Part shown: piece by piece, positions 23,263 through 37,047 of the stretch
Numbering within the stretch: the stretch's first letter is position 1
Layout: each line of letters begins with the position of its first letter
DNA from: Catajapyx aquilonaris
Lineage: Eukaryota
DNA: 64,000 bases
NCBI GenBank assembly: GCA_000934665.2
Contig: JYFJ02001558.1
Coordinates: 1-64,000 of the forward strand
Direction: 5' to 3'
Notes under the pieces: model-generated
What the model saw: only the letters and a program-made list of their open reading frames with translations
Told to the model about the DNA's origin: nothing
Database searches by the model: none
Program-made: the position numbers and the translations under genes

Positions 23263-26200
23263 TTACTTGCACTCTGTGACCCAGTGGTCTAACGTGCAGT
23301 TCTGGCAGACCACCTGACAGCACCACTGGAAGCGGCAGTTGCACCGCTGGACTCTCCTTTCCCTAATGGTGTTGTATCCCCTCCCGCAACACATGGAGTC
23401 GCACCCATCTGCACCGTCACTGGTCCGGTTGCACCTCCGACCCTGGGTGCCCTTGAAGTCCAACTTGGGGTCAGGCTCGCAGAAATTTGGCGACTTCTCA
23501 TAGTATAGTAGTCTGGCTCCGTACAGGCGCCGGCGCTTGCGTCTGGGCATCAGGAATGGCCTTTGACCCGCGTTGCCCTGATCCACCAGCACCGCGTCCG
23601 TGTACCGTTGCTTCAAGACCTCACCCACCTTCCCAAACGGCGGGGTCACCTGCCAGCAGGTCTTCAGCTCGCAACTGCCAGACAATCCGTGACACTTGCA
23701 CTTCACCTCCATATTTTTGGTCACCGCCTACAGGCGACAAGTCAATTGCAATTAGCTAACTGGACCCAATAAAAATAAACAAAACTGCTCTAATTTGCCC
23801 GCCCATGCATGATGAACCGGGTAAAAGATGGCGACCACCCCAGTGGTCCTACAAGCTAAGTTTTCCCACAGCTTGCCGCCAATTAAGGAAAGGATTTAGC
23901 GGTCTCCGTTTGTAAGCAACTCAAAAGAAACTTGCACTAATTCGTCCACCTCTTTAGGCTCAGTCGGCCAGCGAAAATGAAAAGCAGAACCCCCGAATTT
24001 ATGCCCACCATCTACACTTCCCACTGCCAATTGCTGCTCAGATTATCCTCCCCCAAAATATATTTTTATGCGTCAAAAAAAGACGGCAACCCAAGTTTTC
24101 CTAATTATCTAGAAGAGACTAATGGGTTTTCCGGAAACCATTTTTTTTCCACCGTTCCGAGCCGGTGTAAAACATGAGAAAATTACTCTCTGGAAAAAGT
24201 AATAAACTGGTGTGGTTGGACTGTTGGGAGGATATTAAAAAATGCAAATTGGAAGTGATTCGCTATGCATCTCAAGAGTTGACAGCTAGTGTGAGCTATC
24301 CCTTAGCTGTGACCGGAAGCGCCTGAGGCCACTCGTATTTATCAACATGGAGGATGATACATGTTGTGTTGGATGTATGGCCCGGGCCTTTAGGAAACAA
24401 GTGGCCCAGCAGGAGGGCACCTTCTTTTCGCACCGGCCAAATCAGTTTCAGCTTCCAGAAGGCTAATGAAGCCGGCTCGGGGGATGTTGGCCTCAGCGTG
24501 AAATTACCTTCACGGAGCTTTATCTTAGGCTCTCCTGCTGTGGTGTGCAGCTGCTGCTGCCACCGATCCTCAGCAATGATGACCATGGGTTTGCTTTTAG
24601 ATCCATTAAGTGGTCTTGTCATATGAAACTATTAGGCGACCGCCAAAGGGAAAAGGAGGGAAAGGTCATAAGACATTGGGTGCACTTACCATCCTCCCGA
24701 CTTGGTTGTTGTGAAGGATTGTCTGCGAGTGAAGATCCTTGGCCTTTTCTCTGGAATCTAGAAGAACTCTGGAGAATCGGAGTCCAAAATCTAGGTTGTG
24801 GGCACAACCTGCCCATTTCCAGCTGGAGTCGCTGGTGTCACTGCTGCCCTCTTCTGCCCACCTGAGCTGACCATCGTTCCGTCCTCGACCTCGACGACGA
24901 CCCTCGGCTGACCCGCAGCCGCAGGAGAGGAGGTCACCTGAGCTGCACGCCCTGGACACGGCGTGAACCACTCCTGCGGTGCTGATGGCATGTGCGAAAG
25001 CACTCTCTCGGTAACCTGGGGTCAAAGAAAACTATGGTCATAGAATGCTAAGGTCTGGACACCATGGCCGCCGGCGACCATGTTGGGTCCCCCAATGTAG
25101 CGCTTCCCTTTTGTACCTATAAAGTTCAGTGTAGTCCGGTATATGGTCGCCAACATAATAGCTCCGTGAAAGGTCTCATGGCTCTCTCAGGTGAGCACCT
25201 CATGCAAAACGCCCCGGCAGGCGATAAGATAAGATCGTAGGGGAAGTGTCCGGTTATAGATAAATTTTCTCATGATGAAAAATATGAATTTCAGAGCTGC
25301 TTCAATTGGTCAACAGCCTCATTTCCTGCCAAACAAGTAGACGAAACATCGTCACTCTTTTCGCACTCAGGTGTGAGCACAATTTCATGAATGTCCTCAC
25401 AAGATGGGTGACCTTTGAGAAGTGGAATTGCCCTTCTCTACAATACTTTTATTTTCATTTACAACCCCAAAGGGTGGAGTAGTTTACTCTCTTTTGAGAT
25501 AAGCACCGTAGGAATTTCTGGACAAGTGGTATTTATGAGAGTGGGTAGGTTGGAATCGCCATTCGTCAGAGATTAAGAGTGTCATCACCGTGTTAAAGAT
25601 GGGAAAATGCGGGGATCCTTTCCGAGTCGCAGGATGGTGTGGAATTTAGAGGCTACTTGGTGAGTTCGACTCGACTCGTCTTACTTCACCTTTCTTAATT
25701 GCTACGAACCGTGACGGGGTTGTAAGTATATGAAAGTGTAGTTTTATTTCTGAGACTGAACCTTAACAGGACTGGGGTTTGGACCAATCAGCTATGGCGC
25801 AATAGTTTGGGCTGGTTGTACTTCTGAATATTTATCCAAAAAAATTTGACATCGTGTTGCCTAAAGCGTGACTGATTGGGGTATCGGTACTTTTAAAGTG
25901 GTTATTATTCGTGAAATTCAGCACGTTTCGCTAATTGGAGCCAAATACTGCAATTATGACTAAAAAGCTATAATTTGGCAGCAAATTGGCCAATTATTTC
26001 TTGTAAATGGGAATGTTATACGACTTGAGGCCGACTGTGACGATGATTACACAGCCCTTTTAGAAAAATGCTCGCGTTTTGACATATTTAAGCTACTCAT
26101 AAATCCCTTTATTGCCATGTTATTACTTTATTTAATACAATTACTCTTTCCCAACCGCATTAATAATGCCAAAGAAATGATAGAGTGCATACAGGTGATG

Positions 26201-29200
26201 ATTCGAAAACTGGAAGTACTTGAACCAAACAAAAATGCCACATCACTTTAAGCAACTAAAACCAGTGTCATTGCAAGAGTAGGTTAAGAAGGTAAGCACT
26301 GTCACACTGAGATACCTTTGCCTTACCAAAAAAAAAATGTAACTGCCATCCCCAAATGGCTGGGAGTGAAAGCAAATTGAGGCACGTAATTCCATGGCGC
26401 AATTTGGTGCCCAATTGCTTACGGAATGAAGTCATTTATAAAGCCAGGGTGGTCTGCTTATCCGGGTCGACTGCGTCTTTGCCTTTGTGATTGGTGGCTT
26501 CCAGGTGGCCGTAAAGCAATTATTCGCTATCACCTACACTACATTTTACGACGAAGCCTCCTTTTTTTTGCGCGCGCTTTTTCTTGCTCCACGTCTAATT
26601 ATCATTCTTCAAGCATATGTAGCAATTTGATCCTGCAAGCAAAATTATACCGTACGTTTGATGACTGGTGATGTCTTCGGTCAACTAATAATGTGTGCCA
26701 AATATACACCGGTACCGGTATAGCGTGACTAAGAAAGGGCAGTGTGAAACAAGGTTTGAAATAATTTGGGTGGTGAGAAGGGAAGTTATGCACGATTTGG
26801 ACAAAAGGCTCAGGACGTGTGAAAAAGAGTCCGGCCCATTGCCACACACGGAGAGAAGGGCTGGACGACTTGACCCCATGACTCCAGCTTTCCTTTTTAT
26901 CTTCACTTCAGTCTATTATGTATACACACAGGCGTCAAGTTGATCAGATACGAGCTGTTTTCTGGTCATGTGTGGGGGGCGTGGGATTCTAGGCCTAGGT
27001 GAAGTTGTATGGCGTCAGTCTAGGTGGCGCTGAAGTATTAGCGTCACTCTTGCGCACGTGTTTAAAAGGTGATTGACTGCGGTTCGCTTTAAATACACAG
27101 CATGTAATGAGCGCACTTTGGGTGGGCGCGAACAATGGCACATAGGAAGGTATTTTTGCGTGGTTATTTTTTTTTGTGGGATACTGCGGGCCTTAAGCAC
27201 CCGTTGACTGTGCCCCCGGGCAGACCCACCCACCTAGACGTCCGGAAAGAAATAATTTCACGTCACCCCACAAGAGCCTAATCACCCATGCGGCCATGGA
27301 TGCCTTTTGTCAGCAAGGCAAATATTCATTTACAGAAAAAAAGAGGGAGGAGGGGTGCGGTGGGGGACGAAATTGGGTAGTGGGGGGTAATGTTGGTCTG
27401 GAGCACAATGACCAATTTTCCAAGAGTAATTACCGTGGTCTTCCACTTTTTACTACACCTCAGCCTCACCTCTTAAGCGGATTGGGAGGTCCTTTACCAC
27501 ATTATTACGCGCTCGAATTCCTTCGTGTGCTGTGGGGCAATCTTATGGGCGCCTCGGCAATAATATCGATGGTCATTTTCGCACTCAAAAACCTGGGGCG
27601 TTGGTAATCTGTATGCAGCCTCGAAGGTATTTGGCACACGCAACATCTGTGTTTCGGTGAAAATAACTACTTACAAAAATGTATACATAATATTAGTGAC
27701 ATTTCAATGAAATAACGAGGTATGACTGCCAGCAGGGCAACATGCAGTATGAAAACCAATATATTATTTAATTAATGCGATGCCAGAAAGTATGAATAGC
27801 TTAATAAATGCAGCCCCTTTGATTGCAGATAGTTTACAAATTAGGCGCATAGAAAATAAATAATTACAAGTAATCAATTCGCATGGTTATTTCATCCATT
27901 CACATTGTTCTTCTCTTAGAAAATTCTCTGAAGAAATTTGAAGAGCCGCCCTTCTATTGGCCTTGCCCATATTCAAATTTTGACCCTGATTTAGCACTAT
28001 ACTATATTATTTACCATTTTTAACAACAAATGTAAACTTGAAATGCATCCGGTCACATTTGACTGGCTACGGCATATGAGGATTGGAAATTACAAAATTG
28101 TATTAGCCCTTAATTTTATTTCTTCTTCTTCTAAGAAGTCTGTAGGTGAACTATAATATTTCTATCAGAAATCTGACTTCACACTCAGAATTACCGGTAT
28201 ACCCCTCAAGAACTGTAAACATGCATGACTCAATTTTTTCAGAAACGGGGCTCTGACAATTCTGCATTTTAGGTGTTCAATAGTGCAGAAATGATTATGA
28301 AAAGACACTGAGAAAAGAGTTTAAAAAATCATTTCCATTCCTTAAAAATTATCAATGATTCGAATAAATCACTACTATTATGTATAACATTTGAACTTTG
28401 AAGTTGCCTTATTGAGATAACATTCGAGGGAAGTTGACAGAAATACTCGTAGGTATGTAAATATCCGAGAAACCGAGAAAACCAGTCGCACAAAATAATG
28501 ATGTTATTCCCGGAAATGCCTCAGTGTCTGGCGTAAGGCTTCATAAGTGTCCATAACAATCAAGAAGTAGGAAACCACTGTATAACTTAGGCTGACTATA
28601 GTCCGGAAGTAGGACGTCTCCAAATGGTGCAGAGTAAACTGGAGAGAGTTGACTTAGTATGATCCCCTGTTTGTTCCTACCTTTCCAGTGCCATTAGAGT
28701 AATAAACAATCTGAAGAGCGACTGGGGTTACTTTAAAGCAAACTTTGGTTAATTTGAAAGGTGCGCTATGGAAAAAAAACTGATTTTTTGTACACTATGA
28801 AAGCCCACATCTTGAATATACTGTACATTGTAGGCTAACCATTTATTGGATAACCAACCTCTGTTATTATCTTAAATTTATAGATTGTTAATCATGTTTC
28901 CTACACATATGTATGTGTAACCGAATCTGGAAACCCCGGCACCGGTCTGGGTCCGCATTCCTCCGATTGTGGTGGTGGTGGATGGAGATGGAGGGCAGGC
29001 TGGAGGCCGCCTTATACCCACTCTGGACCACTGACTCCTCAGGTGGCCCTTCTCACGGCCCTGCTCTTTTTGTGCACCGAGACCCCTTTGCCCACTCAGC
29101 CATGCATGCTTTATGAGCCTCCATCACCGGTAATTAAACCCAGTGACATGTCTAAAAATCCTCCGCTCTTTACCTCTCTAGAATATTACACGCTTGTACG

Positions 29201-32200
29201 AGACACACCGGAATCTCACTTGCGCACTTGGAGACTCGACACTAATTGTGGGGGTCTACGGTCCATCATTCGTTGAATCACGTTTAAGCTGATATTATTT
29301 ATTTATTGCATCGAGCAAATTTGCAAGCACATGTCAAGGATAAACTAATCCTATTTTCAATCAGTGTTCGGTAAACACTTTATTGTATGGAGATAACCTT
29401 GAGCAAATAGGTGTTACTGTCAATTAAACGAGATGCCAAACAACTCTTTATTTACCGACCTTCTAATGTTGTTTGATGCTTAATTAATAATTTTTTAAAT
29501 GTCAACCATCAGGACGAACAGTTTAAAATTATGTATACGACAATTTTTTATATATAAAAAACAGCAGATGCATATCCGATATGTCAGTAGTGCACACGTA
29601 TTATTGTGTCCTATTATGGTCCTCTTAAACTTTGTGTATTGAGATGATTTGCGGTTTCTGGCAGGCGACGGCTCAGCCTGTGCAATGTTAATCTCAAAAA
29701 CACGGTTTTCTTTGAAAAACAGTTTGGACGTGACGAATGTCTTCAGGGTGTGAGAAAAAGGTTCAATAGTAACACCCAGAAGCCGGGGGGACTAATGTTG
29801 GAAAAGGTCATTTTTTTTCTCTCTTTCGTTTTTGTAAAATGCTGTGTCGATTGGGCACGCTCTGTTTCAAGGCGGTTGCCAGGTGGGGAGTCTAGGGGGT
29901 AGCCAGGTGATGAAGACATTTCCTGGACAAGGGATCGACCGTTTGTCACCACGGGGAGTGTCTCCTTACCCTCTATTTTTTTCTCTCTTTCCCTCAGGGT
30001 CACTTTCACCTGGTCAACCATTTTTCACCGGTCCCCGATCGTATACACCAAGTTCACCAAATTTGCGGGCTAATTGGCGCAACCCTCGATCTGGACTCGT
30101 GATAATCCTCTCATAAAATATTTGGTTGGCAACAATGAGGCATGACAAACCTGTGGAATTCCGAAGTTTGGCTCTTGGAGATGGGTGATAACATTATGTC
30201 CACATGCGTACAGGCCATAAAATTTTAGCCCTACATTCTTTAGAGAGTAATTTATACCTTTTAGGTTTCAATTTAGTGGCATGGAAGCCTTTTTTACTCC
30301 CATCCTCCCCTTCCTGACTTACTCATTTCCCGCAACTCTTTCTGAAACAATAAAGTGTCACTTTGTAAGCAGGGAGAATTCCATTAGCTGGAGGCTGCCA
30401 AGAGCATCGGGTCATGAGAAACTATGCGGCTCTTCAAGAATGGAATGAGACATGGTTCCTCGCCCCATGCTACACTATACGTTATTGTAGAATTTTTTTG
30501 TGTGGTTTTGCTGGTGCGATTTGCGCATTGCCACAATGCAGGTGGGCAGTGTGACCTAAGGCAATATGATTAACATTTTATTTTGTGGGTTCATATGTGG
30601 ATGTGGAAGGTGAGTCAACAGTGATATGTGTACAAGGCTGATGGACATGGCTAGCAGTGTATAGTCTGAGGTTTGTGCCCTGGGCCATTTCATGTTGGGT
30701 TTTCAAAGCGGAGCAAGCGAGTGGAAAAGCCCCTTTCCATCTCTCTCTTTGATAATTGCAGCGCACGTAATCAATTCCTTCCGGCCATCTCTCTCTGCCC
30801 ACTCTTGTGTCCCTTGCAAGTCTTGTTAGTTATATTTTGGAATGGTCTCTCTCTCTCTCTCTCCCTCTGCCTGCATCAGCCATGCGTTTCTCTCAGGTGC
30901 AACGTGGCGTTCCAAATTTAGGGTATATGGCCAGAGTTGTGCGGTTTTACTGGTTCAGTCAGTGACAAATTGTCAAATTGCCTTGTTGCATGAAATTGGA
31001 GGGCATAATTATATTGTGCTTTGATTTTTTTTAAATATCATGCTTGTTTGTAGCTCTTTTGCGTTACAACCATTACTTTTTATTAGCTTATTTTATAGAT
31101 GGAGATGATTTCGTCAGTGTATGAATAATGCTTAAAATAATCCACACAGAACAATCAGAGTAACATTTGGTGATTTCGAGGTTTGAAGAGTGAGATCGTT
31201 CATCATGTTTCCGATCTATGTTTAGTGGAAAAGAAGAATTGATGCCTTAAATTGAATGGTAATTTCTTCAGATCAGTTTTACAAGAAATTCTAACCATAG
31301 ACTACGTTACAAGCACATTGCAAAATGAAAATAAAAAGTAAAAGATGAACCTGAAATGTCAATATTTACCATAGGGATTTTCATGATGCCACCTACACAT
31401 TTGGGGGGCAAGTCAATAATAAAGGCAGAAATGTTCAAATTGCTTAATTAAAATAAAGCGCCTTTTTGTAACACTGACTGATGAGTATTATTGTCATGAG
31501 AAAACTTGGAGCGCTCACTTGATGCGGATAAACTTACATAAATTACGTGTTATGATTTTTCCGAAACTTTGGAACCTGGCAATTAATCGCAATTAATAGT
31601 AACGCAAAGTAAATTCCAAGTAGTCTTTTGAACAGCTGTCCGAACATCGGTAATATAGAATTTACTATAATACTACACGACAGAATATTATTACCAATTC
31701 GTCGCCACACCTGTTTACTTCCCGTGATGACTTATTGTGGAGATGTCTGCGAGAATTAGTGCTTTGCAACAAATGTTACAGACAAATGAGGCATTGAAGG
31801 AGAACATTACAAACGAAACCACAATTCATGATAGAATTTCCCATATACAATAGTCTACTGTGAGAGAGACGCATCATCAGGCAGTATGCTGTACATCCCA
31901 GGATTCGCATTGCCCTGAGCCGTCAATGATGGTCACTTTCTACAAATTACTGATATATGTGCTATCATTTTGTTAAACATGAAGTAAAGCACATAATATG
32001 ACAGTGCTATTGCATTGTGCCCATTCAGTGGCGATTTATGGGTTGCACTCAAAATAAATTTTCGGCATAGATCTGGTGAGTAAAAAAAACCCCAGTGATA
32101 TAGCCTAATGACTGCTGGCCTTGAATTTTCTTAACAACCTTCCCATTTATTGGTATGACGTATGAGCCTATATATTGCCTGTATATACTGTACACCTGTA

Positions 32201-33912
32201 GGATGGGATGCAATTGTCCCTGCTTTTTTAAGAACCCCCCTTCATAAATCGTGCAGGAAGTTGATACCACATGAAATTGCACTGTACTATACGTACAGTA
32301 TTATTTATTCCGTTCCATGTTTTACTCGAAATTTTGCCAAAAAACGTGCATAAAAACGCACCAAAATTGAAGACAGCAGCAGCACTGAATACCTTTTTTG
32401 AGGATAGGGCTGGTGTGCGGGTTCCTGTACCGATGATGCAGCGACGAGCAATTCCACCTGTCATTCCTGAACTGCCTTTGACACTCATCCAGGGCTACCT
32501 GGAAGCCCCTCAGGGCCATCAGGGTGGCGTCCGGGAATTTGGAGCACACTTCGGCTTGTTCTTTACGAAGACCCGGAAGGTTCTTGCACACCGCGTTCAC
32601 TTCCAGGGGTAGAGGTCTCTTCCTTGAGGAACCAAGACGCCGCAGTTTCTGCGACCACGACGACGAAGTTCGCGGAAGTGATCTGCTCGAGGTCGAGTTC
32701 TGGCCACGCATTTGGTTGGCAGCACTCCTGGTGACAAAATGGCTTCATATAAGTCATAAATGTTGCCAATAAGCACATATCCTATTTACCCTATTTTATT
32801 TTACAAAACAAGTCAGTTGTCAGACGAATTTTCCACAACAATTTTCACAACAATAAAATTGAAGAAGACCACCTGCGCATTAAAGGGCCGATTGGCATGG
32901 AGCATGGCAGGATAACTGGGAATATTTATTTTGATGTTAGACAAAAAAAAATATATTGTCCAACCGGTTGGAGAGGTTGGTTTGGCAGACCGAATTTTCT
33001 GTGGCAAGTCCAACCCATCACATGATTCATTCATTACTGGATTGGAGAACCAATAGCGACATATTTTGCGGCGAACCTATCATTACAAAGAGTTTTAACT
33101 GCTCTTTCAGAACTGTTCTGGATTTGAAATAATAAGCCTTTGGAAAAGAAACCAGTCTTTCTGATTAGTAATTCAACTCGGCGCAAATATACGGTGGCAT
33201 GGCCTAAATAAGTGGCGAGTTGATAATGCATTAATAGTTTTCCCTGCAGGTAACTACACCTGACGTGCTGTTTCAGGCTCAGCATCAGGTTGTTCATACA
33301 CAGCAGGAAACATGTGTCTCCTGTTTACGTGTCTTTCTTACATATTGAATGTAATTGTCACTTCTTTTTCGCAGATCCTAATTTTAATCCGTAAATATTG
33401 TGCATGTAATAAACTACGTAGGCAGAGTGTGACAAGTGCCGGTAAAACGGGATTACGAAAGAAAAGGATTTCATGATCACACACCTATTATTCGTACAAT
33501 GAAACAAGGTGTCATGAAAGTGCCACGAAGAGAAGACAAATAACGACGTTTGCGTGCAAGAGAGTCGATTAAGAACATGTGAAGAATGACGTTATCACGT
33601 GGCCTTGCGCTAATGTCTTCACCTGCTGACTTTTTTCTGCCATCTTTGCCAGTCACACTAATGGACGTCACGCCACATCAGCGGACTCGTGAAAATTACT
33701 CTTTTCCTCAATCCTTCCTTGTCAGTGTGACCGCCATTTTCGACGGGCATCACGGTGACATCATCAATGGAAGGGAACGTCGGAAGAAACCTTCTTCCTT
33801 GTCTCTAACATGGGAGGGAGACTTACCCCATTTCGGTGCAGAGAGATAGTGATGCGAGGAGAAGCAGCAGGGACAGCGAGGAACTGGGTCCTTTGCTGCT
33901 CTTCGGGGCCAT
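23263..33912 (-). CDS. Wnt10: Wnt10 (403 aa); exons 33912-33827, 32727-32393, 25015-24690, 23727-23263
   Basis: Signal peptide MAPKSSKGPSSSLSLLLLLASLSLC; ECQRQFRNDRWNCSSL..RNPHTSPILKKGYRESAF (Wnt10-like); [35 protein letters not shown]. Splice phases are consistent (2,1,0). Confidence 0.9.
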
Positions 33913-34809
33913 GGTCCCTCAGGAACCACAGTAGGACCGCGGTCCTCGGTCGGGACCACTCAATGGCATCGTTTCACGCAAGTCCTGTCTTGGGGGTTCT
34001 GTGGTGGTGCACAAGTCAGGGAAAGGTGGAGGATAATTTCAGACAAACTCTCGTACTAGGTACAGTACAAAATTACGCAATGTGTAAACGGAAAAAGAAG
34101 GATTGTAAAATTCAGAGAACAAGATGACTGTGGGATTAGGGGAATAAAAATAAATCCATACAGTTTTATGGTTATGAACTTTTATAATAAGGTGTGGGAT
34201 TTTACGAATAATACAGCGCTATTAAGTTTCCTGCCATCAACTCATTAAAAACTGACTCATTAGCCTAACTTCTAAAATAATGAAGTATATTATCAACTGT
34301 CACAAAAATAACTCCTAGGTGGCTATATTATTGGAAAATCTGATCATTAGTGTATGTTGTTGATGCCACCTTGCTCATGCTCATGCTAATGCAATTTTCC
34401 AAATAAACCTTATCTAAGGTTTTGCAATGTCATCATGCTTCACATTTTTTTTCTTTAAAAGTGCTCCAGAAATAATTTCATTTTTAAAAATTAAGTGCGT
34501 CTAATAAAATATTGATTATATTTTTAAATTTTACTGAGAAATTATCAGAAATGTGTGCCACATTCTTTCTTTACTACTTATTATTGGAAGACTGGCTTAC
34601 TGTATTTTGTATGAGGGAGCCTGAAGTGCCTGTACCTGTATCATTATCCTCATGCCAGCATCATTTATGCATATGTACGTATGTGAAAGACTCCAAAACT
34701 GTGACTGTAATATGAACTACAGATACCTAGAAATCCGATGCCTTATTCAGTATAGGAATAATCGGCATTGGTATAGAGGAAAGTTTGCGTCTAATAAGAA
34801 ACTTAAATT

Positions 34810-34810
<1 letters not shown>

Positions 34811-34883
<73 letters not shown>
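34811..34883. repeat. (AAT)n microsatellite
   Basis: Uninterrupted TAA/AAT run of ~24 units. Confidence 0.95.
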
Positions 34884-34884
<1 letters not shown>

Positions 34885-36976
34885 CCATCAACGCGATATC
34901 GGACTACCAACCAACGATGAAGAATATGTCTACGAACACCTGCAATATATTCAGCAAAGCTGTCTCAGTTACTTCTGAAACTTTTTGTGTAGTAGCCCTA
35001 CTAATGCTGTACTGTATGGGGCTATCATGAATATTCCAAAAATCCGGATAATTATATTAGTTGAGATTTATTGCATGGAATTGCGGCGTGTCGACTAACA
35101 ACAGTGGGAAACAATTTTTGTCCATAATTTAAAAATATTATTGCAACACTGTCTTTATAGTCATAAAATTTTCGAAATTTGCCCTTTAAAAATTCCAACC
35201 CCAACCCCAGCACTGACGACCTGAATCCAATCACCCAAAGAAATGCTGGCACCCCCCCCCCCCCCATTCAAACCAGTGTAGGATCAGTCAAGGTCAAGGA
35301 CCATTTTTGCATATGTAAACAAGGAATAATTACCTGTCTAACGTGCCGGCAAGGCAGGTTGATCGGAGGCAGCGACCCGTGACCTCTGACCGTCTGCGGC
35401 AGTGGCGGGGATGGCCTCTGGTCAGAAGGGACCGGTCCTCCAGTTCCCGCGAATTGGCGGCTCCAGAAAGAACTGGCGGAAGGCGGTAGAGTGGGCCAGA
35501 AAGAGAGACCCCCTCCCTCCCCCTCCCTCCTTCCTCTCACACCACTCCACCCACCCACTCCTCTCCTTCTCTACCCCACCACTCTACACACCAACCCCCC
35601 TCTTCAACCCCATCACCAGAAGGAGGTCCATACACCAGGAAGATGTATCACTGATGACTGGAAGATGTGTCGACAACCCCTGACAACCCTCCCCATATCC
35701 CCCCCCCCCCCATCCCAACCCTCTGTCGTCACTGCGCTTGCTCCAACAATATAGCCACTAGGAAGATACCCATCGCCATGTAATTGATCAAAATGGCGTC
35801 CACTCCTTGGGCTTAATTCCCCTGATAGGCTTAATTTCCACCTTTTTAAATTTTTTTTTAAAACAGAAAATCCGGTCCTGGTCTCTCCTTGAGGGTTAAT
35901 GAGAATCGGGGAGGGGTTGTGAATCCGGATGCGGTGAGTCACCGGAATCGTTCTTGCTCTTGAATTGGTTTCCGCCTAGGTTGTCAAAGGAATTACTGGC
36001 GACTGAAGGAAGCCGAGCGACACAGAAAATGAACGCTCGGTTGACATCGTAACGAAATGGGGGACATTTGGGACGGGTTGGGATGGATAGCTTGATGAAT
36101 TGATGGATGGATGGATGGCAGCGCTTGCGTGAAAAGAGGAACTCTGGACCACGGAATCAATTTTGGACCATGAAAAGTTTTCAGCTCTCCTGCTCTATCT
36201 GCCACCTGCGTTTTTCTATCCTGCATGCTTTTTATGGCCTGAGAGATGTGTGCACGCTTCACTGGGCGCTTCCAAAGACCAAATTGCTATACTCAAACTA
36301 AGGCGATGGCGGAGGGGTAAAGGGTTCCAAAGTGGGATATCATGGTTCATAATTAACGGGAGTACTATCAATTGGGATCATAAGGGTCGGCTAATGCGTG
36401 TATAGGTTCTGATATTAGCCTATGTTAAATATATTTCTTCACGACGTTACGCAGGTGTCGTAAAATGGCACAAATTATTATGTGATTATCTTCATAATCG
36501 ACCTCATACAAGTAGCGCACTTTCACTTTGGAATATCGCAAGGAAGTCTTGCTCATTTGAGTAACACCCAGTATAAAAACTGACCTACACATCAAAAATT
36601 CGAAAAGTGCTCTCAATGTCTGAGTTATTACGAAATAAATCATAAGCCATTATTACCAAAAGAATTGATGAGCGATTCCTCAAGAAGAGTACTATCGTAT
36701 GGACAAAGGTAACAGTGTTATTTTATTATCCTCCTTCTAACTCATCGCTTTTCAATCATTTCATTTCATTCATTCCTTGTTCTACATCAAGGAAAGTATA
36801 AGAGGCATCCCGGCAGAGACGACGAGGGTATAATGAATAACCTGTGGCATTCCTCGACATCTCCTGTGACTAACATCCACATTGTAGATAGGTACTGCTG
36901 GTCTGATGCACGCAGTGTTTTCTATTCAAATAAAAAGTTGCACAATCTACAAACAAATTAATTATCTCTGACTGAT

Positions 36977-37047
36977 ATGGCAAAGTTTGCGTTCCCAGCA
37001 GTTTAACTGATGATCAGCTGAACTGCTGGCCACGCAAACTTTGCCAT
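36977..37047. repeat. 71-nt near-perfect hairpin
   Basis: atggcaaagtttgcgt..ccagcagttt..ctga / tcag..gaactgctgg..acgcaaactttgccat. Confidence 0.75.
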
